From Rubrobacter sp. (GTDB taxonomy: Bacteria > Actinomycetota > Rubrobacteria > Rubrobacterales > Rubrobacteraceae), in contig DASYWA010000084.1 of the NCBI GenBank assembly GCA_035936475.1, positions 22,930 to 86,929 of the forward strand: a stretch of DNA of 64,000 bases, read 5' to 3'. Position 1 is the first letter of the stretch. Every line of letters begins with the position of its first letter. Shown here piece after piece: positions 18,725-28,250 of the stretch. The notes under the pieces are model-generated. The model searched no databases, was not told the DNA's origin, and saw nothing but the letters and a program-made list of their open reading frames with translations. The position numbers were made by a program, and so were the translations under genes.

Positions 18725-19600
18725 GTGCCGCGCTTTGCCAGATCCAGGGTCCCGCTCTTCGTCGCCCTCGCCGCGGCCCTCTGGGGCACGAGCGCACGGG
18801 CCAGGCGTTCGCCCCGGAGGCGGCCGACCCCCTCTCGGTCGGCGTCGCGGCGATGCTGTTGTTCGCGACGTTCTAGGGGGGGTTGGGCGAAGGGCCCGGG
18901 CGTCTCCGGAAGCTGGAGGCCCGTTCCGGCGCTCGCCTGCGCGCTCGCCTGCGCGGCGCTGGTCGCCTCCTACCAGGTGCTCTTCTTTACCGGCATCTCG
19001 CTGACCGGCGTGGCCCTCGGGACGCTCCCGGCCATCGGCAGCCTCCCCGTGTCGGCCGGGCTCGGAGACCTCGCCTTCGAGAAGCGTCCAGACGCGCGAT
19101 GGCTCGGCGCCTCGGCCCTGGCCGTTCTCGGGTGCGCGCTCCTCGTCGGCTCGGGCGGCTCCCTCTCCGTGGACCCCCTAGGAGTCCTGCTCTGCGTCGT
19201 CGCGGGCGGCGGGCTTGTCGCCTTCACGACGGCCGCGAAAGGGATGCTGGAGGAACGGCCCCACGCGGCGGTGATGGTCGTGGCGTTCGCCCTGGGCGCC
19301 GTCCTCCTCTCGCCGGCCCTGCTCTTCTCAAACCCCTCCTGGGTCCTCTCCCCCACGGGCCTCGCGGTCGCCCTCGAACTCGGGCTCGGAGCAACCGCCC
19401 TCGCCTACATCCTCTTCGCCCACGGCTCGCCGAAGGTCCGCGTCTCCACCGCCGCCGCGCTCTCCCTGGCCGAACCGCTGACGGCCGGGTTGCTCGGCGT
19501 CCTGGTCCTCGGCGAACGTGTCTCCACCGCCGCGGTAGGCGGCATATGGGGCCTCCTCCCCGTGCTCGGCCTCCTCCTCGCAACCGCGCGTCGCGCATAA
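18725..19600 (+). pseudogene. EamA/DMT transporter with an internal frameshifted segment
   Basis: LAAALWGT..., LAEPLTA.LLGVLVLGE; the expected TGQAFAPEAADPLSVGVA segment lies in another frame after ~18793 and ends at TAG 18874-18876. Confidence 0.7.
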
Positions 19601-19710
19601 CACAGGAGTGGCCACGCACAACGGAACAGACCGACGGCCCTCCTCCGCGACCGCGAGAAGGCGCGGTCAGCAACGTTTTATGTATTATGAGTATAAATAA
19701 CGGTGCGGTG

Positions 19711-21375
19711 CTACCTGTGGGTGAGGAGTTCGGAGGCGTGGGCCAGGGAGGCGTCGTCGATGCGGCCGGAGAGCATGCGGGCCATCTCCTTGAGGCGCTC
19801 TTCGCCGGTCACGCGGGTAATGCGGGTTATGGTGCGTCCGGCGGACTCTTCTTTGGCGACGACGACGTGGGAGGCGGCTTCGGAGGCGATCTGGGGGAGG
19901 TGGGTGATAGTGAGGACCTGGTTGCGCATCCCGAGCTCTCGCAGCTTGGCGCCGACGGCCGTGGCGGTCTCGCCGCCGATGCCGGCGTCGACCTCGTCGA
20001 AGACGTAGGTGGCGCCCGGCTCGACCCGCTCCTGGGCGAGGCGGATGGCTAGCATTATGCGGGAGAGCTCGCCGCCCGAGGCGTAGCGCCTGACGGGGAG
20101 CTCCGGCTCTCCGGGGTTGGGCCGGATCTCGAACTCCACCCGCTCCCTGCCCGTCGGCCCCGCCTCCGCCGGCACGAGCCTCGCCCGGAACTCCGTCCGC
20201 CCGAGGTTCAGGCCCGAGAGGTTCTCCTGCACCTTCGCGGCCAGGCGCTTGGCGGCCTTCTCCCGGCCGGCCGAGAGCGTCCCGGCGAGCTCGCCGAGGC
20301 GCCGCTCACCTTCCGCAACGCGCGCCTCTAGTTCCGCCGCCTCCTCGTCGAGGTTCTCCAGGCGCGAGAGGCGGGCGCGGGCCTCTTCCAGGTAGCCCTC
20401 CACGTCCCCGTACTTGCGCTCGAGGGCGCGCAGGGCAGCGATGCGGTCCTCCACGACCTCCAGGCGGCCCGGGTCCGCTTCGAGCTCCTCCACGTAGGAG
20501 CGGAGCTCGTAGAGCACGTCCTCGAGCTCCGCCGTGAGGCCGCCGAGGCGCTCCAGCAGCCCCGAGAGGCCGGCGTCGAAGCGGAGGGCGGTCTCGAGCT
20601 CGCCGGTCGCGCGGGCGACCGAGTCGACCGCGCCGCCGCCCTCCTCCGAGGAGAGAAAGGTGGCCGCGGCGGCGGCCGCCTGCTGGAGGTCGGTGACGTT
20701 GCGAAGGCGGTCGCGCTCGCGGGCGAGCTCGTCCGCCTCTTGCGTGCTGTACCCGGCCGCTTCGAGCTCCGAGACCTGGAAGCGCAGGAAGTCCGCCTCG
20801 CGCAGGCGGGCCTCCCCCGTGGCGCGGACCTCGGCGAGCTCCCGGCGGGCCGCCTCGACGGAGCGCCAGAGCTCCTCGTGGTCCCGGCGGGCCTTCGTGG
20901 CCGCGCCGGTCAGGAAGTCGTCCAGGATGGCGAGCTGCTCTGCGGGTTCGGTGAGACGGGCCTGCTCCCGCTGGCTGTGGTAGGAGACGAGGCGATCGCC
21001 CAAAGTGCCCAGGGCGCGCACCGGCACCGAGACCCCGCCCACAAAGCACCGGGACCTGCCTTCGCCCGTCAGCGTCCGGCGGAGAATCAGGCCGTCGTCC
21101 GCGTCCACCTCCTCGGCCAGGTCGCCCAAAGCCTCGGCGAGGAGGTCTTGGCCCGTCTCTTCCGGGAGGATAAAGGTTCCCTCGATCGTTGCCTTCTCGG
21201 CGCCGGCGCGGACGGCCTCGGAGCGGGCGCGGCCCCCGAGGAGGAGTTGGAGGGCGGTGGCGAGCAGCGTCTTGCCGGCGCCCGTCTCGCCGGTAATCGC
21301 ATTAAGGCCGGGGGAGAGCTCCAGGGTGGCCTCTTCGATAAGGGCCACGTTTTGGACCGAGATCTCCGTCAGCAT
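19711..21375 (-). CDS. recN: DNA repair protein RecN
   Basis: TGETGAGKT, ASGGELSRIMLA, FDEVDAGIGG, ITHLPQIA. Confidence 0.97.
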   Translation of the reverse strand: MLTEISVQNVALIEEATLELSPGLNAITGETGAGKTLLATALQLLLGGRARSEAVRAGAEKATIEGTFILPEETGQDLLAEALGDLAEEVDADDGLILRRTLTGEGRSRCFVGGVSVPVRALGTLGDRLVSYHSQREQARLTEPAEQLAILDDFLTGAATKARRDHEELWRSVEAARRELAEVRATGEARLREADFLRFQVSELEAAGYSTQEADELARERDRLRNVTDLQQAAAAAATFLSSEEGGGAVDSVARATGELETALRFDAGLSGLLERLGGLTAELEDVLYELRSYVEELEADPGRLEVVEDRIAALRALERKYGDVEGYLEEARARLSRLENLDEEAAELEARVAEGERRLGELAGTLSAGREKAAKRLAAKVQENLSGLNLGRTEFRARLVPAEAGPTGRERVEFEIRPNPGEPELPVRRYASGGELSRIMLAIRLAQERVEPGATYVFDEVDAGIGGETATAVGAKLRELGMRNQVLTITHLPQIASEAASHVVVAKEESAGRTITRITRVTGEERLKEMARMLSGRIDDASLAHASELLTHR

Positions 21376-22184
21376 TACAGGAACGTCCGCCTGACGGCCC
21401 GCCACCAGCTCCACTCGTCGGTGCGCCCGATCCTTACGCTGTTAGGGGAGAGCCGGAGCTCGATCTTCCCCCCCTCCCCCACCTCGCGCGGGTCGTCCCC
21501 GTCGAGCGAGAGCAGCGCCTCCCTTCCTACCACCTGGAGCTCGACTACCTGCTCCGCCCCGAGCACGAGCGGCCGGCTGACGAGCGCGTGCGGCGCGATG
21601 GGCACCAGCACGAAACACCCGGCGTCGCCCGAGATGATCGGGCCCCCCGCCGACAGCGCGTAGGCGGTCGAGCCGAGCGGCGTGGCCGCTATGAAGCCGT
21701 CGCACCGGAAGGCGAAGAGCTCCTCCCCCCCTATGGTCACGTCCACGGAGACGAGCTGGTGGGGCCGCTTCTTGATGAGCACGGCGTCGTTGGCCGCGAG
21801 CTCGGGCTCCTCGCCGGGGCGGCGCACCTCCAGCATCCGGTACTCCTGGACGGAGAGGCCGCCACCCAAGACTTTCTCGACGCCGGCCTCCATCTCGTCG
21901 GGGAGCATCCCGGACATGAAGCCGACCTTGCCGAGGTTCACGCCGAGCAGGACGCGCCCGGGGTACATCCTGGCCGCCTTGAGCATCGTCCCGTCGCCGC
22001 CTAGCACGAAGACGAGGTCGGGCTCGACGGCGCCGTCGGGCTCGCCCTGGGGCCTCACGTCTGCGACCTCGACGCCGCCCTGCTCCAGCGCGGCCACCAG
22101 CCGCTCGGAGTGCCCGTCGTCAACCGTAGGGTTCGCGACTACCGCAACGCGCCGCAGCTCGCCGATGTCGCCCTTCTCAGGCAC
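21375..22184 (-). CDS. nadK: NAD kinase
   Basis: LGGDGT, GKVGF, ATPLGSTAYALSAGGP. Confidence 0.95.
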   Translation of the reverse strand: MPEKGDIGELRRVAVVANPTVDDGHSERLVAALEQGGVEVADVRPQGEPDGAVEPDLVFVLGGDGTMLKAARMYPGRVLLGVNLGKVGFMSGMLPDEMEAGVEKVLGGGLSVQEYRMLEVRRPGEEPELAANDAVLIKKRPHQLVSVDVTIGGEELFAFRCDGFIAATPLGSTAYALSAGGPIISGDAGCFVLVPIAPHALVSRPLVLGAEQVVELQVVGREALLSLDGDDPREVGEGGKIELRLSPNSVRIGRTDEWSWWRAVRRTFL

Positions 22185-22968
22185 CCGACACGACCTCGCG
22201 CACGCGCCCCTCATCAACGGTGGCCACAGCACCCCTCAGCAGCCGCAGCGGGTACTCCTGGTTGCCGGATTTGCGGCCCGTCACGGCCGCGGGCGCGAGG
22301 TCCACGGCGCCGAAGCCGAGGGCGGCAAAGGACCCCACGACCCCGAGGATCACGCCGGCCCGAACCCCGGGGTCGTCCACCACCCCGCCGCGCCCCACGA
22401 GGTCGGGCCCTGCCTCGAACTGGGGCTTCACGAGCACGACCGCCTCCACCAGCGAAGGGGTGGTGGCGACCAGCGAGCGAAGCGCGACCTCAAGCGAGAT
22501 AAACGAGAGGTCGGCGACCAGCAGGTTGGGCGCGAACGGAAGATCTTCACCCTTCAGGTGCCGGACGTTGGTCCGTTCGAGCACGGTCACCCTTGGGTCC
22601 TGGCGCAAGGACCAGTCGAGTTGCCCGTACCCGACGTCCACGGACAGGACCCTCTCGGCACCGCGCTTGAGGAGGACGTCGGTGAACCCGCCGGTCGAGG
22701 CGCCCGCGTCCAGGCACGACCGGCCCCCTGCCTCGATGCCGAAGCCGTCGAGCGCGGCGTCGAGCTTCTCGCCGGCGCGGGAGACGAAGCGGTTACCCCC
22801 GATCACGGAGAGAGGTTGGGCCGGGGGGAAGCGGGTACCGGCCTTGGTGACGATCCTGTCGCCGACGCGGACGGCGCCGGCCAGGATCAGGCCCTGCGCC
22901 CGGCTGCGGGTCTCGGCGAGCCCGCGCTCGACCATGAGTGTGTCCAGCCGCCGGCCCGTCGCCTGCAT
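22177..22968 (-). CDS. tlyA: TlyA rRNA 2'-O-methyltransferase/hemolysin A family
   Basis: S4 domain, VSRAGEKL, DAGASTGGFT, DLSFIS, KPQFE. Confidence 0.95.
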   Translation of the reverse strand: MQATGRRLDTLMVERGLAETRSRAQGLILAGAVRVGDRIVTKAGTRFPPAQPLSVIGGNRFVSRAGEKLDAALDGFGIEAGGRSCLDAGASTGGFTDVLLKRGAERVLSVDVGYGQLDWSLRQDPRVTVLERTNVRHLKGEDLPFAPNLLVADLSFISLEVALRSLVATTPSLVEAVVLVKPQFEAGPDLVGRGGVVDDPGVRAGVILGVVGSFAALGFGAVDLAPAAVTGRKSGNQEYPLRLLRGAVATVDEGRVREVVSGA

Positions 22969-22977
22969 GACCGTGGT

Positions 22978-23877
22978 CTAACTCCCCCGGTTGCGCACGA
23001 AGCGGGCCATCTCTTCGAGCCCAGAGGTGTCCCCATCGACCCGCGAAAGCGCCGCCAGGGCCCGCCCTTCGGAGGCGTCGGCCTGTTGCCGGGCGCCCTC
23101 CAGGCCGTAGACCCCGACGAACGTGGCCTTGCCCTGCTCGGCGTCGCTGCCGGCGCTCTTGCCGAGCTCCTCGCGCGTGGCCGTCGCGTTCAGGACGTCG
23201 TCGACTATCTGAAAGCAGAGCCCGAGCTCCGAGGCGTACTCGCTCACGGCCGCCTGCTCGGCGGCCGAAGCGCCAGCGAGGATCGCGCCGATGCGCGCCG
23301 AGGACTTTATGAGGGACCCCGTCTTGAACTTGTGGATGAGGTGAAGGGTCTCGGGGTCCGTGCCGTCCCCCACCCCGGTCTGCTCCATGTCCATCACCTG
23401 ACCGCCGACCATCCCGTTCACCCCGGTCGAGCCAGCGAGCTCGCGCACGACCTCCAGCACCTGCTCGCAGCCGGCCTCCTGGTGGACGGTTATGAGGGTG
23501 AGCGCCTCCCCGAAGAAGGCATCGCCGGCCAGGATCGCCATCGCCTCGCCGTACTTCTTGTGCGCGGTCGGCCTGCCCCGCCGGTAGTCGTCGTCGTCCA
23601 TGGCGGGCAGGTCGTCGTGGATCAGGGAGTAGGTGTGGATGAGCTCTATGGCCGCCGCCGACGGGAGCACGTGCGCCGGCTCGTCCCCGAAGACCCAAGC
23701 GGCCTCCATGCATAGCGTCGGCCGCACCCGCTTGCCCCCGGCGAGCATCGAGTACCTCATCGCCTCTTCGAGCCCGGCCAGCCGCGGCTCGTCGGTGAAC
23801 CTGAGGCCCTCGAGGTACCCCTCGAAATGGCGGCGGTGCTGCTCCCACCGCAGCGCGCTGCGGACCCCCTCAGCCAT
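22978..23877 (-). CDS. ispA: Polyprenyl diphosphate synthase (FPP/GGPP synthase)
   Basis: GGKRVRP, HDDLPAMDDDD.RRG, FQIVDD, GKATF. Confidence 0.93.
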   Translation of the reverse strand: MAEGVRSALRWEQHRRHFEGYLEGLRFTDEPRLAGLEEAMRYSMLAGGKRVRPTLCMEAAWVFGDEPAHVLPSAAAIELIHTYSLIHDDLPAMDDDDYRRGRPTAHKKYGEAMAILAGDAFFGEALTLITVHQEAGCEQVLEVVRELAGSTGVNGMVGGQVMDMEQTGVGDGTDPETLHLIHKFKTGSLIKSSARIGAILAGASAAEQAAVSEYASELGLCFQIVDDVLNATATREELGKSAGSDAEQGKATFVGVYGLEGARQQADASEGRALAALSRVDGDTSGLEEMARFVRNRGS

Positions 23878-24280
23878 GCGGCACCTCGCCGAAGATGCGG
23901 CCCTCGGCGCCCCGCAACACGCCGCCGACGAACGCCGGCGCCTCGTCGCCGGAGAAACCCTTGGCGAGCTCGACCGCCTCGCCGACGGCCACCTCGGGCG
24001 GGACGTCCTCGGAGTGGATCATCTCGAACAACGCGAGCCTGAGGATCGACCGGTCCACCGCGCTCATGCGGTGCACGGGCCACCCCTCGGAGACCTCGGC
24101 GAGGAGCTCGTCGAGCGCCTCCCTCTCGACGTCCACGCCCCGCACGAGCCGGACGGCGTAGGCGTCGAGGTCCCCCCTGTACTCGCGCCAGCGGGCCACG
24201 GTCTCGCCGAGGGGCTTGCCCGTCACGTCGCTCTGGTAGAGGGTCAGGAACGCCTGTTTGCGCGCGGTCCGCCGGCTCAA
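23870..24280 (-). CDS. nusB: Transcription antitermination factor NusB
   Basis: RRTARKQA, VDRSILRLA, EAVELAK, FVGGVL. Confidence 0.95.
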   Translation of the reverse strand: MSRRTARKQAFLTLYQSDVTGKPLGETVARWREYRGDLDAYAVRLVRGVDVEREALDELLAEVSEGWPVHRMSAVDRSILRLALFEMIHSEDVPPEVAVGEAVELAKGFSGDEAPAFVGGVLRGAEGRIFGEVPHG

Positions 24281-24302
24281 AGGGTCCCTCTCTCCATCGG
24301 GC

Positions 24303-24860
24303 TCAGACCCGCGTCAGGTACTCGTTGGACCGCGTGTCGACCCGCACCCGGTCTCCGGTGTTCACGAAGAGCGGCACCTGCACGACGACGCCCGTCTCCA
24401 GCGTGGCCGGCTTGGTCCCGCCCTGCGCGGTGTCCCCCTTGAGCCCCGGGTCGGTCTGGGCGACCTCGAGATCAACGTGCGCCGGAGGCTCCACGCTCAC
24501 GACCTCCCCGTCCGCGGAGAGCACGCTCACGGTGCCCCCCTCGACGACGTACCCGGCCGCATCGCCGACGACCTCGGCCGGCACCGCTACCTGGTCGTAT
24601 GTGTCGGCGTCCATGAAGTGCAGGAGATCCCCGTCCCGATACAGGTAAGTCATCGGCCGCGACTGGGTCGAGACGCCCTCCAGCTTCTCCCCGGCGCGGA
24701 AGGTCTTCTCGACCACGGCCCCGGAGTCTATGTTGCGCAGGCGCGTCCTCACGAACGCCCCGCCCTTGCCCGGCTTGACGTGCTGGAAGAACAGGATGGT
24801 GAAGCGCTTGCCGTCCACGCGGATGGCGCTGCCGTTCCTGAACTGGTTGGTCGATATCAT
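24303..24860 (-). CDS. efp: Elongation factor P
   Basis: [26 protein letters not shown]. Confidence 0.98.
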   Translation of the reverse strand: MISTNQFRNGSAIRVDGKRFTILFFQHVKPGKGGAFVRTRLRNIDSGAVVEKTFRAGEKLEGVSTQSRPMTYLYRDGDLLHFMDADTYDQVAVPAEVVGDAAGYVVEGGTVSVLSADGEVVSVEPPAHVDLEVAQTDPGLKGDTAQGGTKPATLETGVVVQVPLFVNTGDRVRVDTRSNEYLTRV

Positions 24861-24982
24861 GCCCGAAGTCCCCCTTCGAGATGCCTCTTCGAGTGGCGTC
24901 GTGCCGCGCCCGAGACAAGGCGTCCGTACCGCGACGGCCCCATTTTCGGCGCCGCGATATTATCGCACAGATCGACCCGCGG

Positions 24983-25414
24983 CTATGCGACCGACCGCCC
25001 GCCGAGAACGTACCCGACGGCCGCCCTGTACCCGTAGACCCCCATGCCAGCCACCACCGCGTCCACCGCCGGCGAGACCACCGACCGCCGGCGCCACTCC
25101 TCCCTGCGATGCACGTTGGACAGATGCACCTCCACCTTAGGTACATCCACCGCCTCAAGCGCGTCGTGCAGCGCGTAGGAGTAGTGCGTCCACGCCCCGG
25201 GGTTTATCACGATCCCGGCAGAGCCCGCCGCCTCGCGCACGAACCCGACCATCTCCCCCTCGTAATCCGTCTGCGCGAACCGTAACTCGACCCCAGGGAA
25301 AGCCTCCCGCAGAACCTTCTCTATGTCGTCGAGGGTGAGGGTTCCGTAGACCTCCGGGCGGCGGGTGCCCAGGGTGCCGAGGTTGACGCCGTTGAGGACG
25401 TGGACGCTATCCAA
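24983..25414 (-). CDS. aroQ: Type II 3-dehydroquinate dehydratase
   Basis: NGVNL..LG.R.PEVYG, INPGAWTHYS, EVHLSN. Confidence 0.96.
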   Translation of the reverse strand: MDSVHVLNGVNLGTLGTRRPEVYGTLTLDDIEKVLREAFPGVELRFAQTDYEGEMVGFVREAAGSAGIVINPGAWTHYSYALHDALEAVDVPKVEVHLSNVHRREEWRRRSVVSPAVDAVVAGMGVYGYRAAVGYVLGGRSVA

Positions 25415-26498
25415 CGACGGCCTCTATCGCGCGGCGGGCCTCGTCGTCGCCCACTGCCACGCCGTAGACGGGCTGGCCCACGTCTCTGAGCAGGACGAAG
25501 CGGTGGTTCGTCCCACCGGTGGCCCCGCCGTTCGCGGCGAGGCGTTTCTTGTCGCGGGCCATGGCCCTGAGGGCTACCTCCGCGTCGATACCGGGGGAGC
25601 GTCGGGGAAGGCCTGCGGACTCGAGGAGGTCTCTGTGGAGGTCCGAAAGGTCGGTGCCGAAGCGGTCGGCGGAGATGGCGGCCTCGGCGACCATGCCGGC
25701 GGCGACGGCCGAGCCGTGCGGGAGGGCGTAGTCGGCGGCGGCTTCGAGGGCGTGGCCGATGGTGTGGCCGTAGTTGAGGATGGCGCGGCGGCCGGCCTCG
25801 CGCTCGTCGTCGGCGACGACCTCGGCCTTGAAGCGGACGGAGTGCAGGATCAGGGCGCGCAGGGCGTCAGCGTCGCCGGCGCGGGCGGCCGGGATGAGGT
25901 TCAGGTCCTCGAAGAACCGGCCCCCCGCGAGCAGCCCCATCTTGACGACCTCGGCGAGGCCGTTCGATACCTCGGCCTCCGGCAGCGTCAGGAGCCAGGC
26001 GGGGTCGGCCGCCACGAGGAGGGGCCTGACGAAGGCGCCGACGAGGTTCTTGCCCTCGGGGAGATCGAGGCCCGTCTTGCCGCCGACGGCGCTGTCGACC
26101 ATCGCGAGGAGCGAGGTCGGGAGCATCACCAGGTCTACCCCGCGCATGTACGTGGCGGCGACGAAGCCGCCGAGGTCCCCGACCACCCCGCCGCCGAGGG
26201 CGAAGAGCGTACCGTCGCGCGTCAGCCCCATCCGGGCCAGGCGGCGCACCACGTCGGCGTAGGTCGAAACACCCTTGGAGGCCTCCCCGGCCGGTATCTC
26301 CACGGTGCCGGCGACGGGCCAGCCCGCGGCTTGCAGGGCGCTTTCGAGACCGGCGGCGTGCAGGGGTCCGACGTTCGAGTCGGTAAGGATGGCGCAGGGG
26401 CGGGGGACCAGCGTGTCGACAATGCTCCGGAGGACGTCACCGCCCACCGTCACCGGGTAGGGCGGGGCCACCCTGACCTCTACCGTGTCGGCAGCCAT
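25407..26498 (-). CDS. aroB: 3-dehydroquinate synthase
   Basis: GGGVVGD, MVDSAVGGKTG, LNYGHTIGHA. Confidence 0.96.
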   Translation of the reverse strand: MAADTVEVRVAPPYPVTVGGDVLRSIVDTLVPRPCAILTDSNVGPLHAAGLESALQAAGWPVAGTVEIPAGEASKGVSTYADVVRRLARMGLTRDGTLFALGGGVVGDLGGFVAATYMRGVDLVMLPTSLLAMVDSAVGGKTGLDLPEGKNLVGAFVRPLLVAADPAWLLTLPEAEVSNGLAEVVKMGLLAGGRFFEDLNLIPAARAGDADALRALILHSVRFKAEVVADDEREAGRRAILNYGHTIGHALEAAADYALPHGSAVAAGMVAEAAISADRFGTDLSDLHRDLLESAGLPRRSPGIDAEVALRAMARDKKRLAANGGATGGTNHRFVLLRDVGQPVYGVAVGDDEARRAIEAVVG

Positions 26499-26983
26499 CG
26501 CTCGACCTCGTCTGTTACCGCGGCGGCGGTCCTGCCGTCGGCGCGCACCTCGACGTCGGCGGCCTCGCGGTAGAGGGGCAGCCTCTCGGCGTAGCGTCGG
26601 GCGAAGTCCTCGCGGGAGACGCCCCGCAGCGGCCGGTTGGGGTCCCGGGTCCTGGAGTAGAGGACTTCGACGTCTTCCGTGAGGAAGACCGTGGGGGTGT
26701 CGCGGAGGGCGGCGCGGTTCTCGGGGCGTGTGATCGCGCCCCCGCCGCAGGAGATCACGGCCGGGTCGGGGCGGTCGAGGGCGGAGAGGAGGGCGGCGTG
26801 TTCGAGGTCGCGGAAGCGGTCCTCGCCCCCTTCGGCGAAGATCTCGGGTATGGTGCGGCCGGCTTTGTGCGAGATCTCGGCGTCGAGGTCGACGAAGTCG
26901 CGCCCGGTGCGCCGGGCGAGCAGGCGCCCGACGGTGGTCTTGCCGCTTCCCATGTAGCCGACTATCGCCACGTGGTCTGACAA
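26480..26983 (-). CDS. aroK: Shikimate kinase
   Basis: GYMGSGKTT, GE..FR..E, CGGG; TTG start inferred. Confidence 0.93.
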   Translation of the reverse strand: MSDHVAIVGYMGSGKTTVGRLLARRTGRDFVDLDAEISHKAGRTIPEIFAEGGEDRFRDLEHAALLSALDRPDPAVISCGGGAITRPENRAALRDTPTVFLTEDVEVLYSRTRDPNRPLRGVSREDFARRYAERLPLYREAADVEVRADGRTAAAVTDEVERWLPTR

Positions 26984-26988
26984 AAGCC

Positions 26989-28155
26989 TCAGCGGGCCGC
27001 GACGCCGGCGGCAGCGAGGCGGCGGGCGTAGGCGTCGTGGGCCGCCCGGATGTCGGCCATGTTGTCCGCGCCGAACTTCTCGAGAAACGCCTCGGCGAGC
27101 ACGACGGCCATCATCGACTCTCCGATGACGGCCGCGGCGGGCACCGCGCAAGAGTCGGCCCGCTCCTTAAAGGCCTTCGTCTCCTCTCCCGTGGAGATGT
27201 CGACGGTCCTCAGCTGCTTGGAGATCGTGGAGATCGGCTTCATGGCCGCCGAGACGAGTACGGGCTCCCCGTTGGTCATGCCGCCCTCCACACCGCCGAG
27301 GCGGTTGCTCGCGCGCTGCAGGTGGCCGTTGCCGGAGAGGATCTCGTCCTGGACCTCGCTGGAGCGGTGGGCGGCGACGCCGAAGCCCATCCCGACCTCC
27401 ACGCCCTTGATGGCGTTTATGCTCATCACGGCGGCGGCGAGGCGGGCGTCGATCTTGTCGCGCCAGTCGACGTAGGAGCCTAGCCCCGGCGGGCAGCCGC
27501 GGGCCACGACGACGAACTCGCCGCCCAGAGCGTCGCGGGCGTAGCGGGCCGCGTCGATCTCGGCCTTCATCGCCTCCGTGACCTCGGGGTCGGGACAACG
27601 CACGTCGGAGTCGTCGGCCGCGGCGGCGTCCTCGGCGGCCCTCTCCTTCGGGTAGGCAGCGGCGCCTATGCGGTAGACGGCGCTGTGGATCTCGACGCCG
27701 AACTCGGCGAGGAGCTTCCTCGCCACGCCCCCGGCCGCGACCCTGGCGGTGGTCTCCCTGGCGCTGGAGCGCTCGAGGACGTTCCTTAGGTCGTCGAAGG
27801 CGTACTTCTGCATGCCGGCGAGGTCCGCGTGCCCCGGCCTCGGCAGCGTTATGGGCTCAGGCGGGTCCTCCACGGGCGCGGGCGACATGCGGTGCTCCCA
27901 GTTGGCGTAGTCCCTGTTTCGCACGAGCATCGCCACGGGCGACCCTAAAGTGTGGCCGTGGCGCACGCCGCCCAAGAACTCGACCTCGTCCCGCTCTATC
28001 TTCTGGCGACCGCCGCGGCCGTAGCCCTGCTGCCTGCGCGCTAGGTCCCGGTTCACGTCCCCCGCGAGCAGGCCAAGCCCCGCCGGAACCCCGTGCACCA
28101 GCGCGACCTCCGCCGGGCCGTGCGACTCACCCGCGGTCGAAAAACCGAACCTCAA
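26989..28155 (-). CDS. aroC: Chorismate synthase
   Basis: TAGESHG, PRPGHAD, ERSSARET, MKPIST. Confidence 0.97.
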   Translation of the reverse strand: MRFGFSTAGESHGPAEVALVHGVPAGLGLLAGDVNRDLARRQQGYGRGGRQKIERDEVEFLGGVRHGHTLGSPVAMLVRNRDYANWEHRMSPAPVEDPPEPITLPRPGHADLAGMQKYAFDDLRNVLERSSARETTARVAAGGVARKLLAEFGVEIHSAVYRIGAAAYPKERAAEDAAAADDSDVRCPDPEVTEAMKAEIDAARYARDALGGEFVVVARGCPPGLGSYVDWRDKIDARLAAAVMSINAIKGVEVGMGFGVAAHRSSEVQDEILSGNGHLQRASNRLGGVEGGMTNGEPVLVSAAMKPISTISKQLRTVDISTGEETKAFKERADSCAVPAAAVIGESMMAVVLAEAFLEKFGADNMADIRAAHDAYARRLAAAGVAAR

Positions 28156-28250
28156 TCGTGCCTCCGAACTCGAAAACCGTGCCCTACGCGTCCCAGCTAA
28201 TATAAACCACGAGGCCGGCTTCTTCCGCTCCCACGGGCTCCGCCGGCAAC

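Noticed and set aside
19668-19695. AT-rich stretch with TTATG considered as a dif site
   Set aside because: No XerC-like arm at 11-6-11 spacing; kept only as a promoter-like island
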